Assembly (NCBI GenBank): GCA_900088475.1
Contig: FLMG01002416.1
Coordinates: forward strand, 1-64,000
DNA: 64,000 nt
Reading direction: 5' to 3'
From: Hyphochytrium catenoides
Taxonomy: Eukaryota; Protista; Hyphochytriomycota
Shown here in pieces: positions 57,040-64,000 of this stretch; the stretch's first letter is position 1, and each line of letters opens with the position of its first letter. A program made the translations under genes and the position numbers. The notes beneath the pieces are model-generated. The model had not been told where the DNA came from. It did no database searches and saw nothing but the letters and a program-made list of their open reading frames with translations.

Positions 57040-58375
57040 ATGGAGGAAGAGAAGGCAGCTAGAGCAGCTATTGATAAGCTGTGTGATGATGCCATCCGGT
57101 TGATAATTGAGGGCAAGTTGGAGCTCGCACTTCCGAAGGCGATTAAGGCCATGGAGGAGTCCATCCGTCTCCATGGAAAGAAAGCTCCTCAACTCCTGCC
57201 CATCTTTTTGCTGGTAGTTCCAACTATTGTCTTTGTGCTACTATGACGTGCTCTGACTGTCCTACAGCTTGCGGAAATAAATCTGAGGCTGGGAAACCAG
57301 CGTTATGCTGAGGATGTTCTTTCTCAAGCCAATTGGATAGCAATAAAGCGAGCAGAAAACTGTGGGCACTCCACGCGCTCACAGCTCCATCGCAAATTTG
57401 GCAAGCTATATATTGCTCAAGGAAAGTACGAAGAGGTAGGCAATGAGACCGCGCGAGTCTTATAAAGTCGCCTGCTTATCGCCAACCGCCTTCAGCTCCA
57501 GTATACTTGAGCTCTGCAGTTATCTATTTGTATGCTGGCCACTATCGGCGTTTCTTATTTTGGCACCTGGATTGATGTCTGTTGCCCAAAGGCTCTGTCC
57601 AACCTAGCAACGGATGTATATAGCTCCTCCCTTGACGTGGGCCCAGAGCATGTGAGCACCGCCGAGGGCTACTACCTGCTGGGCAATGTGTTTTATGCCT
57701 TGAATGACATAGAAAGTGCCTTGGCTTTCTATGACAAAGTAAGTTTGAGGGCAGTCTGGTCCTCCTGGTCCCTCACCGCAGTGACAATACTCCTCCTGCT
57801 TAACAGGTGGTAGATATATGGTTCAGATATCTTGCGGATGCGAGGATGGGGAAGAGTGATTTACAACCTTTGACGGAGATGCAGTGCTTTGAGGCGCTTA
57901 ACATGATGACGAACGTCCTCAATGTCCGTAACACCACCTTGGGCGACGCACACATTGCCACTGGAGAGGCCCGATATACGTTGGTAGGAATATAAAAAGA
58001 TATCTGTCAATGACATAAGGTCTAGCTGCCGTTAACTCTTACTCTGCCGCTGCCATCCGACGACATTTGAACTTCGAAGGGTTTGCTGCAAATTCTCGTG
58101 GGTCAGCCGGGTTATAACACCATCTCTCTGGCGTTCCAAGTTTATATCCAAGTGCTGGTAAGGAGCTCATTAAAGTTTGATTTTGAGAGGTGCTGGTGGA
58201 GCCATCACTAGCGACCGCACAGAAAAACTTTGTCTTCACTAACCTTGCTTGGCAGGGCCCTGATCACCCTTCAACTAAAGACGTAGAGGGCGTCCTCGTG
58301 CAACTGGAGAAAGATCTCAATCTCGCAGCGGGGCCACAAAGCGCCGGGCTTGTTGTGAGCCAAGCGGAGTCATGA
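57040..58375 (+). CDS. ZMYND12/p38-like TPR protein (axonemal dynein-associated); start uncertain
   Basis: LLLAEINLRLG..AEDVLSQANW, RSQLHRKFGKLY, LATDVYSSSLDVGPEHVSTAEGYYLLGNVF, ALAFYDK|VVDIW and GPDHPST. No MYND finger seen. Confidence 0.75.
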
Positions 58376-58519
58376 CCACCAGCCGTCTTAGGCACTTAGC
58401 GAATATTATTGGCGCGAGAAAGGTGTGATACCGCAGTGACTCAGTCAAATGGCCGCTTTGTGCGAGCGGAAGTGATCCAAGCGATGGGGCCAGAATGTAG
58501 ACTAGGCGATACTGGAGCT

Positions 58520-61500
58520 TCACAGAGCACGATAATCCTTCAAGACCTGAGCAAAGCGCAACCAGAGCAACTCAGCCCAGAGAAGAAATGGTAATCCCGC
58601 CATCCAGAGGATGGAGATAGAGGAGCAGAAAAGAGACCACCAATCCCTTTAGGCACAGCTACCTGCTCCAATCGCACAAAAGCGGTCATAAAATCGTCGT
58701 CTTCCAGGCCGTAGGCGTGATACTGGTGGAGGTAAGCTCGGGCCGTGAACATCTCGTCGGCGGAGGCTAATAAACGCTCAAGTGGCGAGCTAATTCCACC
58801 GTTATTACTGAGAGAGTGAAACAGCAAGTGTCTACAGTCAACTGCTAGTTCAATTATAGTTTGAATGGCAAGGAGAGAGAGGACGGATACCTGAGAAGAG
58901 AGGCGTGCTTGTCGTAGCCATTAAATGCAACTGGGCTGCGATAGCAGCTAAACGGGTCTAAAGCCCAAGGAGAGTATCTGCATTAGCCAGGATGGAATCA
59001 AGTTAGGGACGGAGTCAGAGGTTGCCTACGGCAGGGATCAAAATCAACCAAAGCTAGAGAGGAGCTAGAAAGAATGAGTGCCAGTGAGATGAAAGTGCCG
59101 TCGGATTGTTGCCTACAGTCTCGAGTCTTCGAAAGCTTTAAAATCTGCCTGGTCAGAGGCCGGTCCTCGCAAGAACAAAAGCGATGAGACGCTCCGGACA
59201 TAGTCTGATACAAAGCATAGGTTAGCCCTCTAATTGTACCCACTCAGTGACTATAGCATAGAACCTCTATCGTTCCTTAGAGGTGAAGACTGCTCTGGCG
59301 GCCTCACAGACCAGTCTATCCCTTCTTCCAGCCAGCTGTTTGATAGGTTCATCTGACGTAAAGAAAGACGAAGGGAGAAGCTCAACGACTTAGCTTCTGC
59401 TGGTCTTTGGATCTTATCAATCACACAATAATCACAGCTTCCACTAACGAGCTTTCTGAAGTGGACATTTCTGTTTCATTCTCTACTAATGATCGAAAAC
59501 CCAACAAACCTGATAAAGGTGCTTCAGGAGGCCAGGCCAGGAATGGCTGCTGAAGTCCTTTGACGCCTTTGGAATCTAAGAGTTTGAGAGAAAGAAGGCG
59601 GCTCACAACAGGGAGCTAGCAAGAGGCCATAGAAAATTGTACCAATACAGTCCAAGAGGGTGAACACAAGCAGCTTGGACGTTGTTGCACGCTAAACTGA
59701 ATACGAGCAAACCACTACCCTACCTGAGGGATCGACCTCACGGTTATGATTTTGTACGCCTAAGGACAAGATGGGATATTAGGAGCGTCATAAGAATAGG
59801 GGAGGATTAATCAAAGAGCCGTTGGGTCGCGTCGATACATATAAAGGCCAAAGAGTAAAGACTACAAGGATCTTGTCTTGCCTAAGAGGGGACGAAGTGA
59901 GAATGCTTTTGTGAACATGGGTGAACAAAGTGAATACAGACTTACTGCATGGGGACAGAGTTGGGCGATGATGTCACTAAGCAGTCTAATGGACCTTGGC
60001 CTGCTGATGTCCTTTGAGACGGGTCGTTAGCGAGTGTCTTCCTTGGAATGAGGTGAAGGAAAGTCTAAAAGAAGATTAGTTCATGCGTTGAAGAGAGATG
60101 TACAGCGGACCTGGCAAACAGCAGACAAGGAATAACGGGTGATAAGAGCTCACCTCTGCTCTAAAGCTCGGCAGGAGAAAGGAGTTCATTTGCTGGGCAA
60201 TAACCTGATTCATCTCGATGAAGGACGGTCGTGCCATATTCAGTAGCTTGGAGCAGATGTTGCTAATCACATCGTTATCCACGATAACCACCCCATCTGA
60301 GACCTATGTGAAGGCAAATTGAGTCTGCGGCAGCGTCAAGTGGGGAAAGGCTTGGCAGGCCTCACAGATCTGTCCAAGTACCACACAACCTCTTCGAGGC
60401 TAGAACGCTCTCTCTTCACAACTCTCATCTCTTTCTTTGACGCGTCCTATCGCTCACCTCCATGAGCTTGGCCATGGTCAACAGAGAGTTATAGCTCTGG
60501 ACGATCACCTCCCCACTGCTGTACGGCCAGATCTGGCACAAACGTCACGTCAGCAAACGCCCAGACAAGAAAACTTCTCCGAGAGAGAGATGGAGGCTTT
60601 AGATGACAGCAAGCCTGTGTTGGCCCAGAAAGGCTCTGGCGTCGCTTTCGGGAGGAGGAGGGAGCCAAAAGGACACATCCTGAAAGCTTTCACTGTAGGC
60701 AGACGAGAGATCGACCTACGACGTGGTTCAACAGGAAAGTGTTGGAATAGAAGTCCCTCAGGTGCTCAGTGATGTAGGTTCCTTCACGGAGGTCACACCG
60801 CGAATAGAAATAATCGTCAGGTGCCAGGCCAAACGGCGGAAGAGTTTCTGTTTGAGGATTCACTGACCCAATCCCGACCCCGTGCCTCCAGCGACGCTCT
60901 GCAAGACTTGGAATCCACCAAGATAGTCACAGGGCTCAACCTCCTGGACGAGACAGGTTATGAAGTCAGTAGAGGAGAGTGAATTAAACGAAGAACTAGC
61001 TTGCGAAGAGATAGGGACTCGCCGATCGGTTTTGATGATGATGACAACAGTGAGGACCAAGGAAAGGAGAGAATGATTTAGGGACAGCTACCTTCCGGAT
61101 GAGATCGTAGACTTCTTCCTGCACTGCCGGACCGTGCACAGCGTATCCATTAGCCCAATTATTTCCCGAGCCGCTTTGGCGTGTGAACTTCCCTGAGTTC
61201 GAAGGCGAGCAGTAAGATCCCCATTCTTGACGCTCCAGGTGACGGTGGAGATGGCTGGTTACCTTGAGGATCATAAACCCATCGCCCCGACGAGCGAGCC
61301 AGAGCTTCGCAGTTGCTGACCACCTTCAGTGTCAAGAACGTGAGAGCAAAGTACGATGGCGACGATGATAGAAGGGAAGAGAGGACCAAAATGACAGTCG
61401 AGATAGGAGCGAGCTCCAGACAAAAAGATGAAGGATGGAAGCACACAGCGATGGCAGCGCCAATCGAAATGCCCGGTTCATGAGGAAGAGCATCACCTTA

Positions 61501-61747
61501 GGCTCCATGTCAATCAACACCGCCCGGGCGGTCTGGAGAAAGGATGTTAGCCATCTGACATCCCCTTGCACTGGAGGTGCATTCTTACCGGCAGGGCATC
61601 CTCTCCGCGCAAGGAAAAGAATTGCTGAGTTAGTGCTGGCTGCAAGGCGTGAGGGTGGGAGCGGATCTCATCCTGGAGAGTGGAGAAGAAGGTCTGCCCG
61701 AGCTGGTTTCCACACTGTCCAAGCTGCAGCGTCACTACCGCTGCCAT
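58520..61747 (-). CDS. TUBD1: Delta-tubulin, multi-exon
   Basis: [28 protein letters not shown]|[55 protein letters not shown] and [17 protein letters not shown]|VLKDYRAL*. These features are delta-specific. Confidence 0.93.
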
Positions 61748-62379
61748 CCCTGCCGTTCACCCTCAGCTGTGTTTCCCTCTCCTTTCCGCTGAGACGTGCT
61801 TCTTTCTAGTCGCTCCACCACCTGGCACATCGCCGTTGGAGCCGAGAACCGAGAGACTGGGAGGGATCGTTAGAAAGGAAGACTGCTGATCCGCTGAAGC
61901 CTCTACAGGAAGGAAAGACGGCGGGGAAGGTGCCACCGAGGAGGAGCCGAGCCGAGAGGCGAAAGGGTTGGGAACGAGGAAGATGAGCTCTGCACACCTC
62001 ACCTGGATGCCGATTGGCCGTTAGCGGTGGGATTTGCGAATCCCTTGAAACATTCAGAGGCAGAACTGTTCTCAACGCTCTCTCTTCGTCGCCGCATCCA
62101 ACCTCCTTTCGCTCTCTCTCGATCGGCTCTCAGCCGCGAAAAGGGCAGGTGACCTTGTCAGAAATGAGTGTACAACTAACTTCCTAAGCTGAAGCAGAGA
62201 AGGCGCCAAGCACGCTGAGTGTCGGAGACGACGGTCTGGGATGACTCTGGCGAACGCCCTCTGAAGTGGTCCTCATCATCATGAAGAGATAGCCTCTTGC
62301 GCTCTTCCGTCTACCCACTAACCTTTGAACTTCGTTGGAGATTTTTGAAAGAGTCGCAAGGACTGTGGAGGAGGGGAGG

Positions 62380-64000
62380 ATGAAGGGCTTCGAGGCCAAG
62401 GAGGCACTGATGGTGCGGTGTGGAGTGTTCGGCGTGTGCCTTGGGCTCGGGTTGGGGTCCGTACTGGTTGCAGCGGTCTCGTTTATTTCCTTTAAAGCGC
62501 GGCTCAACGGTGCTGTGATGCCTCTCAGCACGTTTCTCTCGTTACTTCTCATGGGCAAGGGCAAGATAATACCACGGCGGATTATCCTGATTAGACATGG
62601 AGAGTCAGAAGGAAACTTGAATGCTAACATATATTCTAGCGTACGGAATGACCCTACCACTCTCTTTCTTCGTCCCCCGTCCGCGATGAAGCTTCTCTCA
62701 TAACCAAATGGATTGTCTTGGTTCTCCCTTGTCTTCTTAGTGCTGATGTTCTTTGAGGGCACAATTGCAAATTTGCTCGCGGCCCCTCGTCATATTATAT
62801 GCAAATAGTATCGTCCTCCACCGACACGCTATCTTTCACCTTAAAGCGTCTCTGGCCTCCTGTCTGTGCTCTCACTTCTAACAAGCCGCTTCCCCACAGA
62901 CTCCAGACTCGAAGCTGCATCTGACCAGTCGCGGCAGGCAGCAGGCAGAAGTCGCAGGGAAGTTTATGAAAGAAATGTACTTAAAAAACGAGACTGTGGT
63001 ACGTGCCCTTTGTTAGCAAAAGAGCACTGGAAGGCCATCTGGTAAATATGATGGAGACATAAGAGAAAGATGTCACGCAACTCCTATAATGTGGCCGGAA
63101 CTCGGGTACAGAACTAACGATGACGTGTCGGACACCACTGTCGGCAGGTCCTGGCAACAAAAGAAGCAAGGCTACCTTTTTACCCTGACGGCTGCTTTGT
63201 TTCTAGAGGTTCCACTAACCAGTGAACTAGCGTTTCATTGTCTCTCCTTACACCAGGACTGTCGAGACCTTCGAAGGCATCATCCGCTCCTGGGGCTTGC
63301 GGAGAGAGGATGTGTATTATGTTGAAGAACCGCGCATCAGAGAGCAGGATTTCGGCAACTACCAAGGTAAGCAGCATAACATAAGCCGCAAGCAGGCCGC
63401 GAATGTATGGAGGGAACAAGGTGTTGTATGATGGTACGAAAAGAGACTCTTTTCAGCACCGGTGTGGCTGGCAATGAAAGAGCTACCTGAGCGTGGTACC
63501 GCCGATGTGATGATAAATCGTGTGGCAGCCTCTAAGGCATGGGTGATCGTATTTATGTGTATAGTCGTAGCGTTTGCTATTAGATATGCTGTTGTTGGCT
63601 AGGCTTCTAGGGGTGAGACCAGCTTCTAACTTTTCTTGATGTTGCTATTGTTGAATCTGTGGGTCACTTAGACCCGTCAGCGATGGTGAAGTTCAAGGAA
63701 GAAAGAAGGCGGTTTGGCACCTTTTTTTACCGTTTCCCTAATGGAGAGAGCGGTGCGGACGTATACGATCGTGTTTCTTCCTTTCTCGAGTCTCTTTGGA
63801 GGAGTTTCCTCTCCCGTCCTGCTGAGAACTATGTCATCATAACACATGGACTAGCCATTCGGATCTTTTGGATGAGATTCTTCAAGCGGAAAATAGATGA
63901 TTTTGAGAAGGTAAGACGCATCATTGATGATAAGGGCGCGAGGGGCCACATTGAGAGACTAAGCCAAAGACGGAGACTGGTCGCATTCCCACAGCGGCGT
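62380..64000 (+). CDS. Histidine phosphatase / phosphoglycerate mutase-like (AT74/Det1 type), 3'-partial
   Basis: PRRIILIRHGESEGN, SPYTRT, EEPRIREQDFGN, FFYRFPNGESGADVYDRVSSFLESL and IITHG. N-terminal hydrophobic segment GVCLGLGLGSVLVAAVSFISF. Confidence 0.9.

Overview
This is gene-dense, intron-rich eukaryotic nuclear DNA with short GT-AG introns, (AG)n/(CT)n microsatellites and four N gaps. The gene content suggests a flagellate protist, and a stramenopile is my inference. Most ORF-track entries are exon fragments or antisense noise, so I rebuilt about 21 genes by hand. In order: aldo/keto reductase; ankyrin/Pro-rich protein; tandem HVA22/REEP protein; proteasome Rpn9; EF-hand protein; proteasome Rpt4; exosome Mtr3-like subunit; a small Zn-ribbon CaaX protein; a KHA-like/Zn2Cys6/PAS transcription factor; EamA transporter; a Cys-reduced NDUFA8; two inverted ANK-PH-ZnR-UIM-RING E3 paralogs flanking a Kv channel, TTLL1 and an orphan membrane protein; a DEP + FCS-type zinc-finger protein; CFAP119; a triple-calponin-homology protein; ZMYND12-like; delta-tubulin; and a histidine phosphatase. 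The best candidates for novelty are the sensor-type Zn2Cys6 factor (with a candidate CCG-N4-CGG promoter motif nearby), the DEP-FCS finger protein, the spliced CaaX microprotein hidden from the ORF track, and NDUFA8 with paired loss of one disulfide. Family assignments come from recognising motifs by eye, not from database searches. I found no rRNA, tRNA, CRISPR array or intact mobile element.
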